Below the pieces are notes generated by a model. The model was not told the DNA's origin, made no database searches, and was given only the letters and a program-made list of their open reading frames with translations. A stretch of DNA of 64,000 bases from an uncultured Clostridia bacterium (GTDB lineage Bacteria; Bacillota; Clostridia; Oscillospirales; Ruminococcaceae): positions 45,630-109,629 of the forward strand of contig CANQOC010000005.1 in assembly GCA_947625375.1 (NCBI GenBank). The letters are read 5' to 3'. Made by a program: the position numbers and the translations under genes. Shown piece after piece: positions 53,904 to 62,070 of the stretch. How positions within the stretch are numbered: position 1 is the first letter of the stretch; each line of letters starts with the position of its first letter.

Positions 53904-54398
53904 ATGAACGACGAAATTTTAGCAAAGGCAAAGGCGGCGGGGTCGCCGGAGGAGCTTTTGAAGCTGGCTCACGAAAACGGCATGTCCTACTTTACCGAGG
54001 AGAACGCAAGGGCGTATTACAGCCTTATGCACCAAAGCGGTGAGATATCCGACGAGGAGCTTGAAAACGCGGCGGGAGGCTGTCGGAAGGGCGGGTATAG
54101 GGTTGTCTCGCGCGGAAATGTATGCGGCTTGGGGCAGTCGGTGGCAATCAACGGCTTCTATGCGTTCACTGAGTGGAAATGCAAGACCTGTAAAGAAATG
54201 CCGGGAGCCGGACTTAGCTTTGAAGACTGGTATAATGTTCACAGGTCATGCAGCTGCAACCGCAGCATATTAGACTCTGTTGCATTTTCGCTCGGCGTAT
54301 CCGTCAACTTCGGGGCGGTCGGAGTCTGCGGCTCCTGCGATTGGTGCAATTACGTCGACGGCGTTTGGATTTGCACAAACCCGCGTGATGCCGAGTGA
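53904..54398 (+). CDS. Array B member B4: Nif11-type-leader precursor, 105-aa 10-Cys core
   Basis: The leader is nearly identical to that of B2. The core starts CRKGG, contains WKCKTC and CGSCDWCNYVDGVWICTNP. Confidence 0.8.
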   Translation: MNDEILAKAKAAGSPEELLKLAHENGMSYFTEENARAYYSLMHQSGEISDEELENAAGGCRKGGYRVVSRGNVCGLGQSVAINGFYAFTEWKCKTCKEMPGAGLSFEDWYNVHRSCSCNRSILDSVAFSLGVSVNFGAVGVCGSCDWCNYVDGVWICTNPRDAE

Positions 54399-54415
54399 AC
54401 ATAACTGAGAAAGCC

Positions 54416-54547
54416 ATGAAAGAAGAAATCATTAAAAACGGCGAGATTTCAGACGACGAGCGTGAAAGCGCGGTCGGCGTCCTCGACTACAGGCGCTTCT
54501 CGGAGGTGCAGATTATCGAGGTCTATCACGCATACGGCGGCTTCTGA
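54416..54547 (+). CDS. Array B member B5: 43-aa ORF with a collapsed or decayed leader (remnant or possible signalling peptide)
   Basis: Not in the ORF track. MKEEIIKNGEISDDERESAVGVLDYRRFSEVQIIEVYHAYGGF. Retains the leader ends (EEIIK and GEISDDE..SAVG) but has GV in place of GG. Weak SD. Confidence 0.4.
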   Translation: MKEEIIKNGEISDDERESAVGVLDYRRFSEVQIIEVYHAYGGF

Positions 54548-54557
54548 TTAAAGAAAA

Positions 54558-54587
54558 GGCTTTCCGAATTTCGGTAAGTCCTTTTTT
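54558..54587 (+). terminator. Terminator closing array B
   Basis: Imperfect stem ggctttccga / tcggtaagtc followed by tttttt. Confidence 0.55.
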
Positions 54588-54660
54588 ATGACCCTTGCGG
54601 CGGACAACGCTTAAAAACTCCGTTTTCGCATATAATCATTATATACGAAGAAAGGGAGCG

Positions 54661-54852
54661 ATGAAGATGGCAGATTCAAAGTACACAAGCGTGAGATACT
54701 GTCCTCATCTCGGGCACAACGTGATTATCGAGCAAAGGATTCGCGGCGGGGTTATTTGTCTCGAGTGCCTCAACCGTGCGGACTGCGGGTATTCGGAGGA
54801 AGGCTGCCGGAATAGACTGATAGAGGATAGACGGTTAGAGGATAGAAGTTAG
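54661..54852 (+). CDS. Small leaderless Cys-rich protein (63 aa)
   Basis: SD aaagggag lies upstream of the ATG at 54661. MKMADSKYTSVRYCPHLGHNVIIEQRIRGGVICLECLNRADCGYSEEGC... The last ~10 codons and the stop lie in a purine tract. Confidence 0.5.
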   Translation: MKMADSKYTSVRYCPHLGHNVIIEQRIRGGVICLECLNRADCGYSEEGCRNRLIEDRRLEDRS

Positions 54853-55075
54853 AGAAGTGCGTCATGCGGGTTTGATGAGACATCGCACCCCGGGCGCAGC
54901 CGGCGCGCGGAGCGCGCGAGGGTATAAAAGGAAAACTCCTGCCGGAGTTTTTCTTTTTATACCCTCCGGCCGCCTTTCGGCGGCCGCGGGCTGCGCCCGT
55001 CGGAGAGCGAAGTCAGGAGGGTTGATGCAGGAACTCACTCCCCCGCCCCCGATTTTCTGACAATCTGTACTCTAA
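54815..55075. repeat. Purine tract plus nested-hairpin module (third copy)
   Basis: Purine tract gatagaggatagacggttagaggatagaagttagag. Nested hairpin at 54892-54998, homologous to 3521-3623 and 21391-21497. Confidence 0.85.
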
Positions 55076-55080
55076 ACGGC

Positions 55081-55109
55081 TTGACACCCGGGGAAAATGC
55101 GGGTATAAT
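55081..55109 (+). promoter_or_regulatory. Sigma-A promoter of greA-lysS
   Basis: TTGACA (55081-55086), 17 nt spacer, TATAAT (55104-55109). Confidence 0.7.
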
Positions 55110-55148
55110 TGTATCCGAATAGACCGAAATAAACGGAGGTATGTTATT

Positions 55149-55625
55149 ATGGCTATGAAACAGACAACTATGTCGCGCGAGGGATTCACAAGGCTCCAGG
55201 AAGAGCTCGAAAACCTTGTCACAATAAGAAGAAAGGAAGTCGCGGAAAAGCTTAAAGAGGCGCGGTCATACGGCGACCTTTCCGAAAACGCCGAATATGA
55301 CGAGGCGAAGAACGAGCAGGGTATGCTTGAGGCACAGATTGCGGACCTCGAAATGATTATCGCGAACGCGATTATCGTCGACGACGACAGCCTGAGCCTC
55401 GACGAGGTCGGAATCGGTTCCCTTGTAAAGCTCAAGGACTTCGACCTTGACGAGATTATTGAGTATCAGATTGTCGGCTCGACCGAATCCGACCCCGACG
55501 CAGGAAAAATCTCGGACGAGTCCCCTATCGGCAAGGCATGCCTTAAAAAGCGCGTCGGCGACGTATTCGAGGTCGACGTTCCGTCGGGTACGCTAAAGTT
55601 TGAAATCCTCGACATCAGCAGATAG
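55149..55625 (+). CDS. greA: Transcription elongation factor GreA
   Basis: 158 aa. Coiled-coil N-domain with DLSENAEYDEAK and the Gre C-terminal domain. Confidence 0.96.
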   Translation: MAMKQTTMSREGFTRLQEELENLVTIRRKEVAEKLKEARSYGDLSENAEYDEAKNEQGMLEAQIADLEMIIANAIIVDDDSLSLDEVGIGSLVKLKDFDLDEIIEYQIVGSTESDPDAGKISDESPIGKACLKKRVGDVFEVDVPSGTLKFEILDISR

Positions 55626-55639
55626 GATTGGAGAAAAGC

Positions 55640-57217
55640 ATGACAGAAGAAATCATCAACGCCGAGGAGCGCGAGCTTTCCGGCGAGGAAATCAACGAGC
55701 TGAAGAGAATAAGAATGGACAAGCTCGACGCCCTTAAGGCAGAGGGCCGAAATCCGTTCGTCATCACAAAATTCGACTGGAATATCCGCTGCACCGAGCT
55801 TAAGGAATATTATCTCAAGGAAGAAAACAAGGCCAAGGAAGCCGCGGGCGGCGACGAGGAAAAGCTTGCCGCCGAGCTTGAAAAAATCAAGGAGAAGAAG
55901 TGGCGCGTCGCCGGAAGAATACTCTCCCGCCGCGACATGGGCAAGGCAAATTTTATTGACGTACAGGATTCGACCGAGCGGCTTCAGGTCTATGTCCGCT
56001 CGAACGACATCGGCGACGGTGTATTTTCCGACTTCAAAAAGTGGGACATCGGCGACATCGTCGGCGTCGAAGGCTTTGTTTTCAGGACGAGAAGGGGCGA
56101 AATCTCGCTCCACGCGACGAGCATCGTCCTGCTCACAAAATCGCTCCTACCGCTCCCCGAGAAGTGGCACGGACTTAAGGACCGCGACCAGCGTTACCGC
56201 CAGAGGTATGTCGACCTTATCGTCAACCCGGACGTCAGAAAGACGTTCATCAACCGCTCGAAGATAATAAGCTCAATCCGCCGCTATCTTGATTCACAGG
56301 GATTTATCGAGGTCGAGACGCCGATGCTTGTGCACAACGCCGGCGGCGCCGCGGCGCGTCCTTTTAACACGCATTACAACGCGCTGAACGAGGACGTGAA
56401 ACTCAGAATCTCGCTCGAGCTTTACTTAAAGAGGCTTATTGTCGGCGGCATCGACAGGGTGTACGAAATCGGGCGGGTCTTCCGCAACGAGGGCGTCGAT
56501 ACCCAGCACAACCCCGAGTTCACGCTGATGGAGCTTTATCAGGCATACACCGACTATCACGGAATGATGGATTTGACCGAGAATCTCTACCGCCACGTCG
56601 CGAACGAAGTTCTCGGAACGACACAGGTCCCTTGGGGCGACGTTATAATCGACCTCGGAAAGCCTTTTGAGCGAATCACGATGGTCGACGCGGTGAAAAA
56701 ATACGCCGGAATCGACTGGAAGACCGTGAAGACCGACGAAGAGGCCTTCGCGATTGCCGACGAAAAGCATATTGAGTATGACAGAAAGCGTCACAAAAAG
56801 GGAGATATCCTTAATCTGCTCTTTGAGGAATATGTCGAGGAGCACCTTGTTCAGCCGACGTTCATCATGGACCACCCGGTCGAAATCAGTCCGCTGACAA
56901 AGCGCAAGCCGGACGACCCCGACTATGTCGAGCGGTTCGAGATGTATATCAACTGCGGCGAGATGTGCAACGCCTACAGCGAGCTGAACGACCCCGTCGA
57001 CCAGCGCGAGCGCTTCATGCGGCAGGAGGAGCTTTTGAAGCTCGGCGACGAGGAAGCCAACTCGATTGACGAGGACTTCATGCGCGCCCTCGAAATCGGA
57101 ATGCCCCCCACCGGCGGCATCGGCTTCGGCATCGACCGCATGATTATGCTCCTCACCAACTCTCCGGCGATAAGAGATGTCCTGCTGTTCCCGACGATGA
57201 AGTCAATCGACAAGTAA
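55640..57217 (+). CDS. lysS: Lysine--tRNA ligase (class II)
   Basis: OB-fold anticodon-binding domain, class II motifs (FRNEG, GGIGFGIDR). The ATG at 55640 with SD ggag is preferred over the TTG at 55628. Confidence 0.96.
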   Translation: MTEEIINAEERELSGEEINELKRIRMDKLDALKAEGRNPFVITKFDWNIRCTELKEYYLKEENKAKEAAGGDEEKLAAELEKIKEKKWRVAGRILSRRDMGKANFIDVQDSTERLQVYVRSNDIGDGVFSDFKKWDIGDIVGVEGFVFRTRRGEISLHATSIVLLTKSLLPLPEKWHGLKDRDQRYRQRYVDLIVNPDVRKTFINRSKIISSIRRYLDSQGFIEVETPMLVHNAGGAAARPFNTHYNALNEDVKLRISLELYLKRLIVGGIDRVYEIGRVFRNEGVDTQHNPEFTLMELYQAYTDYHGMMDLTENLYRHVANEVLGTTQVPWGDVIIDLGKPFERITMVDAVKKYAGIDWKTVKTDEEAFAIADEKHIEYDRKRHKKGDILNLLFEEYVEEHLVQPTFIMDHPVEISPLTKRKPDDPDYVERFEMYINCGEMCNAYSELNDPVDQRERFMRQEELLKLGDEEANSIDEDFMRALEIGMPPTGGIGFGIDRMIMLLTNSPAIRDVLLFPTMKSIDK

Positions 57218-57399
57218 AGGCCGCTGTTTATGCGCCTTCGCGAATATTTAAGCGCATTGAATACACCGGTGTATACATCATGAGGCGTTGAGCTATAGTA
57301 AATGATAAAGTGCCCCCGTTTCGTAAGAGACGGGGACGGATTTTTGTCTGTGACCAGTATATTTTTATATTTTTAAATATAAAGTTGTTCTTCACTACG

Positions 57400-57666
57400 C
57401 ACTGTGAAACTACCGATATCGATAATGATTTTGTCAGCGCAAACGATTTGTATACCGAGTATCTCGCATTTTGCAGAGAAAACAGCATGCAGGCGTTGAA
57501 CTCAATGCCGGGGTTCTCGCAAAGGCTGATGTACTTGTACGCTCCTGCTATTGAATCGGATAGAAAGGGCAGTCTCAACGGATACCGAAGGCTTAAACTA
57601 TACAAAGACCCTGTCGTGTTTGTAGGGTCGAAGTCAGCTACAAGCGAAAAAGCAGATCAAGAGTAA
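57400..57666 (+). pseudogene. C-terminal remnant of a phage/plasmid (P4-family-like) primase
   Basis: DFVSANDLYTEYLAFCRENSMQALNSMPGFSQRL resembles the primase C-terminal region. The N-terminal catalytic part is absent, and the upstream part of the ORF is AT-rich and unconvincing. Confidence 0.3.
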
Positions 57667-57755
57667 TAATAACCTAAAGACGATATTTTTAAATATTTAA
57701 ACTGTATAATATCCTTCTGAAACATCGTTTCAATTATATTTCAAGAGGATTTATT

Positions 57756-58127
57756 ATGTCTAAAATCACTATTTTGGTCGTCGAGCCCAGCAAAAAGCCC
57801 TATGTCAAAGAAATCGAAAACACCCTTAAATCACTTCAACATGAAGTCGAAGGTTACATTCAAGCCGTCTATCCTTGGAAGGAGCCAGCAGCTCTGATTT
57901 GCGACGAAGAATCAAAGCTAAAGAATAAGCCTTTCAACCGAGCAATGAGAGATGAGGACGGCAAAATCTACGATTATATCTCCGGCACTTTCCTGATCAC
58001 CGGTCTCGGCGAGGAAGACTTTGCTTCGCTGTCGCCGGAGCTGGTTACTCACTTCTCCGACCTATTCTCCGTTTCCGAAATGCTCGTCAGCATCGACGGG
58101 AAGCTGACCGTCCTGCCGATGAATTAA
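57756..58127 (+). CDS. DUF3846-domain protein
   Basis: ITILVVEPSKKPYVKEIENTLKSLQHEVEGYIQAVYP...ALICDEESKLKNKPFN, the pattern typical of DUF3846 found on Firmicutes mobile elements. Confidence 0.7.
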   Translation: MSKITILVVEPSKKPYVKEIENTLKSLQHEVEGYIQAVYPWKEPAALICDEESKLKNKPFNRAMRDEDGKIYDYISGTFLITGLGEEDFASLSPELVTHFSDLFSVSEMLVSIDGKLTVLPMN

Positions 58128-58168
58128 GAAGGCAGATTCAGTCCCACCTTCTATATAAGAGGAGAGAC

Positions 58169-60088
58169 TTAATTTTGAAAGTACTCCGATACCGCCTTAA
58201 CAAACTCATCTTTGGTAAGAGGCTGCTTGCCGGATTTACCGCTTACGGGCGCCTGTGACTGCCCCTGCGCAGGCGCAGCAGTTTCAGTCGAATTTTCGGA
58301 AAGCATTTCAGGATTAAGGTCAAAGAGAGTCATCTGACCTGAGTCTTCATTCTTTTCCTTCTTCTGTGTAGCCATGAAGTTCTTAACATATTCCTGATAA
58401 ATCTCAAGCTGCGTTTTCGGATTGCTGACTTCGGCAAACGACTTCACGCCGGACGCCGTAATTGCAAAATCAAGCAGAGAAAGCTGACCATCGTCCACAG
58501 TAGCCGATACACCTACGGACTCCGAAGGCTCAACAGCAGCCTTATCGAGATCACGATAACGGAAGATATCACTGCTCTTGATTTCATCTACAATTTCTCT
58601 GTAATGGTCATGTGCAACAATGTCAAGAGAGTCCAAGTCCTCATTGCCCGTCTGTTCTCCAAATGGGAGCCTCAAGCCGCGGCCAATAGTCTGCATAGCA
58701 AGAATTTCGCTTTTTGCCGCATTAAGCGGGATAATCGTAAAGAGGTTATTGACATCCCAGCCTTCCTTCAGCTTATAAACGTGCAAAACAATCTCAATCG
58801 GGTTGGAAGAACTCTCTATAGAGAGCAAAAGACGGATATTCTCTTCTGATTCTTCACCAGTCTGTTTTGAATGGATTTCTATAACCTTGCCCTTATACTT
58901 GCCGTTTTGGAAGTCATCGCTGTCGATAAGCACACGTATTTTCTTTGCATGGTCTGTATCTTTGCAGGCAATAAGAACAATCGGTTTCACATAGCCGAGA
59001 TCATTCTCATTGCAATAGTCTCCTTTTTCATCACAAAGTAACAGTACCGGGAAGAGAAGTTTTGAGGAATCGCAGAAGGCTCCTATAAACAGGATTCCGT
59101 GCGATCCGAGAACTTTTTCTCCCCAATTATCAACTTTCCAGTAGTGAAGTCCGCCGTCAACTTCCAGCTCATCAAATGCACTCCAGTATTCCACGTCGTG
59201 CAGGTACCTTGCAATGTCAGCCTTAGTCGCTTCGAGTGCCTGTTCCTTTGCACCGCTGCTTTCGGTGAGCAGAATGGAGCGGAGTTCTCTTGCTTTCTTG
59301 TCCCGATTTGCGTTCAGTTTGCGATCCAGCTTGTCAAAGGCTTTCTTAAACTCCGCTGTGGTGTTGCAGGTCTGGTAGTCCTGACCTTCGATGTAGCGTT
59401 TGATAAATACCTTTTCGCTTCCGAAAATACGCTGGTCAATAAATGATACCAGTCCGTGAAGATCTGTCAGCGAATTCTGAAGAGGTGTAGCAGTCAGCAA
59501 AATCTTCGGTATGCCCTTGGATAGTTCATACAGATTCTTTGCACGTTTCGTTCCGTGAAATACGTTTCTTAGGTTGTGCGCCTCATCGATAATGATGAAA
59601 TCCCACTTCACCTCCGGGAACCGTTTCATCAACTTTGATGAGTAGTCGTAGGTGGTAATGACAATTCTGACAGAATTATTGTCAGTAAGTCTCTTACGCC
59701 AGTCTGAACTATCTTTTTCTACTGTAATCCTGTCAAGTATCACTGACTCCAAATTGAACTTATCCTCAAGTTCCAGTTCCCACTGTTTTCTCAATGATGC
59801 CGGGAGTGCAATCAAGACACGCTTTGCGCCGGACTCAAGAACATATTTCAGTACAAGTCCGGCTTCGATGGTCTTTCCGAGTCCTACCTCATCGGCAAGT
59901 ACGATACCACCTGTTTTCAACGCTTGGATAGCAGCGCAGAAGGCATTTATCTGATGAGGATTCAATTCAATGTTCGCGTCCAAAAGGAAGTGGAACGGAG
60001 ATGCCTCAAGTTCCAGCTTTTTATATCTGCTGAATTGCTCAAGGAGCAGGTTACCTTCCATCTGTATCTCCTTTATACAGTTGCTCAA
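58169..60088 (-). CDS. Superfamily-2 helicase: SNF2-like N-terminal lobe, type III Res-like C-terminal lobe, no nuclease domain
   Basis: Motif I ADEVGLGKT, II IIIDEAHNL, III LLTATPLQN, then KLKEGWDVNNLFTIIPL...QTIGRGLRLPFG. The start (60088 or 60061) overlaps the MTase stop. Confidence 0.8.
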   Translation of the reverse strand: MSNCIKEIQMEGNLLLEQFSRYKKLELEASPFHFLLDANIELNPHQINAFCAAIQALKTGGIVLADEVGLGKTIEAGLVLKYVLESGAKRVLIALPASLRKQWELELEDKFNLESVILDRITVEKDSSDWRKRLTDNNSVRIVITTYDYSSKLMKRFPEVKWDFIIIDEAHNLRNVFHGTKRAKNLYELSKGIPKILLTATPLQNSLTDLHGLVSFIDQRIFGSEKVFIKRYIEGQDYQTCNTTAEFKKAFDKLDRKLNANRDKKARELRSILLTESSGAKEQALEATKADIARYLHDVEYWSAFDELEVDGGLHYWKVDNWGEKVLGSHGILFIGAFCDSSKLLFPVLLLCDEKGDYCNENDLGYVKPIVLIACKDTDHAKKIRVLIDSDDFQNGKYKGKVIEIHSKQTGEESEENIRLLLSIESSSNPIEIVLHVYKLKEGWDVNNLFTIIPLNAAKSEILAMQTIGRGLRLPFGEQTGNEDLDSLDIVAHDHYREIVDEIKSSDIFRYRDLDKAAVEPSESVGVSATVDDGQLSLLDFAITASGVKSFAEVSNPKTQLEIYQEYVKNFMATQKKEKNEDSGQMTLFDLNPEMLSENSTETAAPAQGQSQAPVSGKSGKQPLTKDEFVKAVSEYFQN

Positions 60089-61337
60089 AAATACCCATTG
60101 CTATCCCTTTGGCCATCATCGGAGGCACAGCATTTCCAATCTGAACAAATTGAGATGTGCGTGGTCCCTCAAAGAAATAGCTGTCCGGGAAGGACTGTAT
60201 TCTTGCTGCCTCGCGGACGGTAATTGATCTATTCTGTTCAATATCAGGATGAATGAAATAATGACCATCCTTTGAAAGGTGTGCCAGAATGGTATGGCAA
60301 CACGATTCATCACCTTCGACAACTTTGAACCTATCCGTGAACGAATGTCTGTTTTTATGCGTCTTCAATTCATCCGGGAGATTGTTGTAGTTGAGGCGTT
60401 TATGACCATCATTCCACAGTTCAACCGCTCTCCTGTAAATCTTGATATCCCGATCTATATTCGGTCGGCAATTATGGTGAGTCAGAACATCATCTTTCGT
60501 CCGTATTCCATATTCCGTGACATAACTGCTTGCTTTTGATTTAGCATATTTATCGGAGCTCTCGCCTGGATGCAGTTTAGGCAGATCAACAAAGAGATCA
60601 TTGACTATAGCGCCCGTTTTGATTTCAAGAAAATCGGGATACTTTAGACCGCTTTTCTTTAGCCACCCCACGATAATCATTCGGCGCCTGTTTTGGAGAA
60701 CGCCGAACGTGTGTGCGTTCTGCTCCCGACATTCAATTTCGTAACCCACTCGTTTTAAGTATTTCTGAATGTTCTTCCAAGTAGCTCCGCCGTTGGCCGA
60801 TTCAATACCCGTGACATTCTCGAAAACGAACATACGAGGCTGATAGCGTTTTAGGAAACGTGCGTACAGTTTGTATAAGTAGTTACGAGGGTCTTCTGCC
60901 ATTGGCACTTCCATGTGGCTGCTTTGCGCTCTGCCCACTAAGGAGTAAGCTTGGCAAGGAGGGCCTCCAACAATAACATCAATCTTAGTGATGCCTCGAA
61001 TTTTCATTATCCCATCAATGGTCTTGAAAATTGCCGGGAGCGTCTCGTCTGACATCGTTTCATTGATGATGGTTTTTGTTATGGAAGCAGGTATCTGCTT
61101 CATAAAATCGTCGCGGGAGATTTTCCCCAACACGTATTTTTTATATAAGCCGAGATTGTCAGTGCCTTTCAAATAATAATAGGCACTTCTCGTTTCAAGC
61201 GTTTTTGCTGCAAACTTATTCATTTCAACATGAGCTACAGGTTTGAACCCAGCCTGAAGAAACCCTTCTGAAAGACCACCTGCTCCTGCAAAAAGGTCAA
61301 TGAAATTGTAGCTATATTGCGCATCTATCTTTGGCAT
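60051..61337 (-). CDS. dcm: DNA (cytosine-5)-methyltransferase
   Basis: Motif I DLFAGAGGLSEGF, IV GGPPCQAYS, VI FVFENV, X QIGNAVPP. Confidence 0.93.
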   Translation of the reverse strand: MPKIDAQYSYNFIDLFAGAGGLSEGFLQAGFKPVAHVEMNKFAAKTLETRSAYYYLKGTDNLGLYKKYVLGKISRDDFMKQIPASITKTIINETMSDETLPAIFKTIDGIMKIRGITKIDVIVGGPPCQAYSLVGRAQSSHMEVPMAEDPRNYLYKLYARFLKRYQPRMFVFENVTGIESANGGATWKNIQKYLKRVGYEIECREQNAHTFGVLQNRRRMIIVGWLKKSGLKYPDFLEIKTGAIVNDLFVDLPKLHPGESSDKYAKSKASSYVTEYGIRTKDDVLTHHNCRPNIDRDIKIYRRAVELWNDGHKRLNYNNLPDELKTHKNRHSFTDRFKVVEGDESCCHTILAHLSKDGHYFIHPDIEQNRSITVREAARIQSFPDSYFFEGPRTSQFVQIGNAVPPMMAKGIAMGIFEQLYKGDTDGR

Positions 61338-61361
61338 ATAGTTTCCTCGTCACTCTTCGTT

Positions 61362-61619
61362 TTAATCGGAAGGCTCTTGTTCTTCCACACTGTTCTTGTC
61401 CGATTTCATTGGCGCCGAATCTGGGACGAATTCCATAATGTCAGCAACATCGCATTTTAGTTCCTGACAGATTTTTGAAAGAACCTCTGTGGTTACATTC
61501 TCATCTTTGGTGAGCTTAGCGAGTGAAGAAGAGCTGATACCTGCTTTTTTTCGCAGATCAGACTTTTTCATCTGCTTATCAATCAGTAACTTCCACAGCT
61601 TGTTATAACTCATCTTCAT
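61362..61619 (-). CDS. XRE-family HTH regulator (controller-protein-like, upstream of the MTase)
   Basis: 85 aa. HTH MKKSDLRKKAGISSSSLAKLTKDENVTTEVLSKICQEL. Confidence 0.85.
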   Translation of the reverse strand: MKMSYNKLWKLLIDKQMKKSDLRKKAGISSSSLAKLTKDENVTTEVLSKICQELKCDVADIMEFVPDSAPMKSDKNSVEEQEPSD

Positions 61620-62070
61620 TTTGTTTTATTCCTCCGTGTCCCATTGTCTTCAATATAGTTTACGATTATTTGTTGGCAGTTTCAATTATTTTATTATAAT
61701 GACATCAGTGCTGGAAAAGAAGCTACATTGAGACGTAAAATACGTTAAATTTATTATAGCATAAAAGTGTCCGTTTGTCAAATCAATCGTTCGCGTTGTG
61801 GATATTTTTCGGTCATTAAGGATGTATTTATGGCGATACCCCAATTATACACCAATCCGGCAGTTGACGCATTAGTTTACATTGATAAATAATCACCGGT
61901 AAATGTATAAAGTGCAACGGCAGCAAGTCCGATAAAATTTAGTCCCTTACTTATCCCGCAAAATATCCAAAAAACTGTTTACAAAACGGAAAAAGTGTGG
62001 TAAAATATACATAGGTCATATCAGCCGATTAAAGCGGCGGGTGACACTATTTTTGAGAAAAGGTGATTTT

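Larger units (their letters stand above)
57218..61960. mobile_element. Low-GC accessory island (remnant of a conjugative/mobile element carrying a methyltransferase-helicase module)
   Basis: Hand counts give roughly 38-43% GC here, against about 58% in flanking genes. Gene content is a primase fragment, DUF3846, a helicase, a C5-MTase and an XRE regulator. No integrase is seen and the boundaries are approximate. Confidence 0.6.

Noticed and set aside
57228-57605. 125-aa minus-strand ORF at the left edge of the low-GC island
   Set aside because: It is an AT-rich ORF with no SD and no recognisable features, and it overlaps the primase-remnant frame. It is probably spurious.
58169-61337. Calling the MTase-helicase pair DISARM, BREX or a type III R-M system
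   Set aside because: The partner genes required for those systems are absent (DUF1998/PLD, PglZ/BrxC, or an N6-adenine Mod subunit and a Res nuclease domain).
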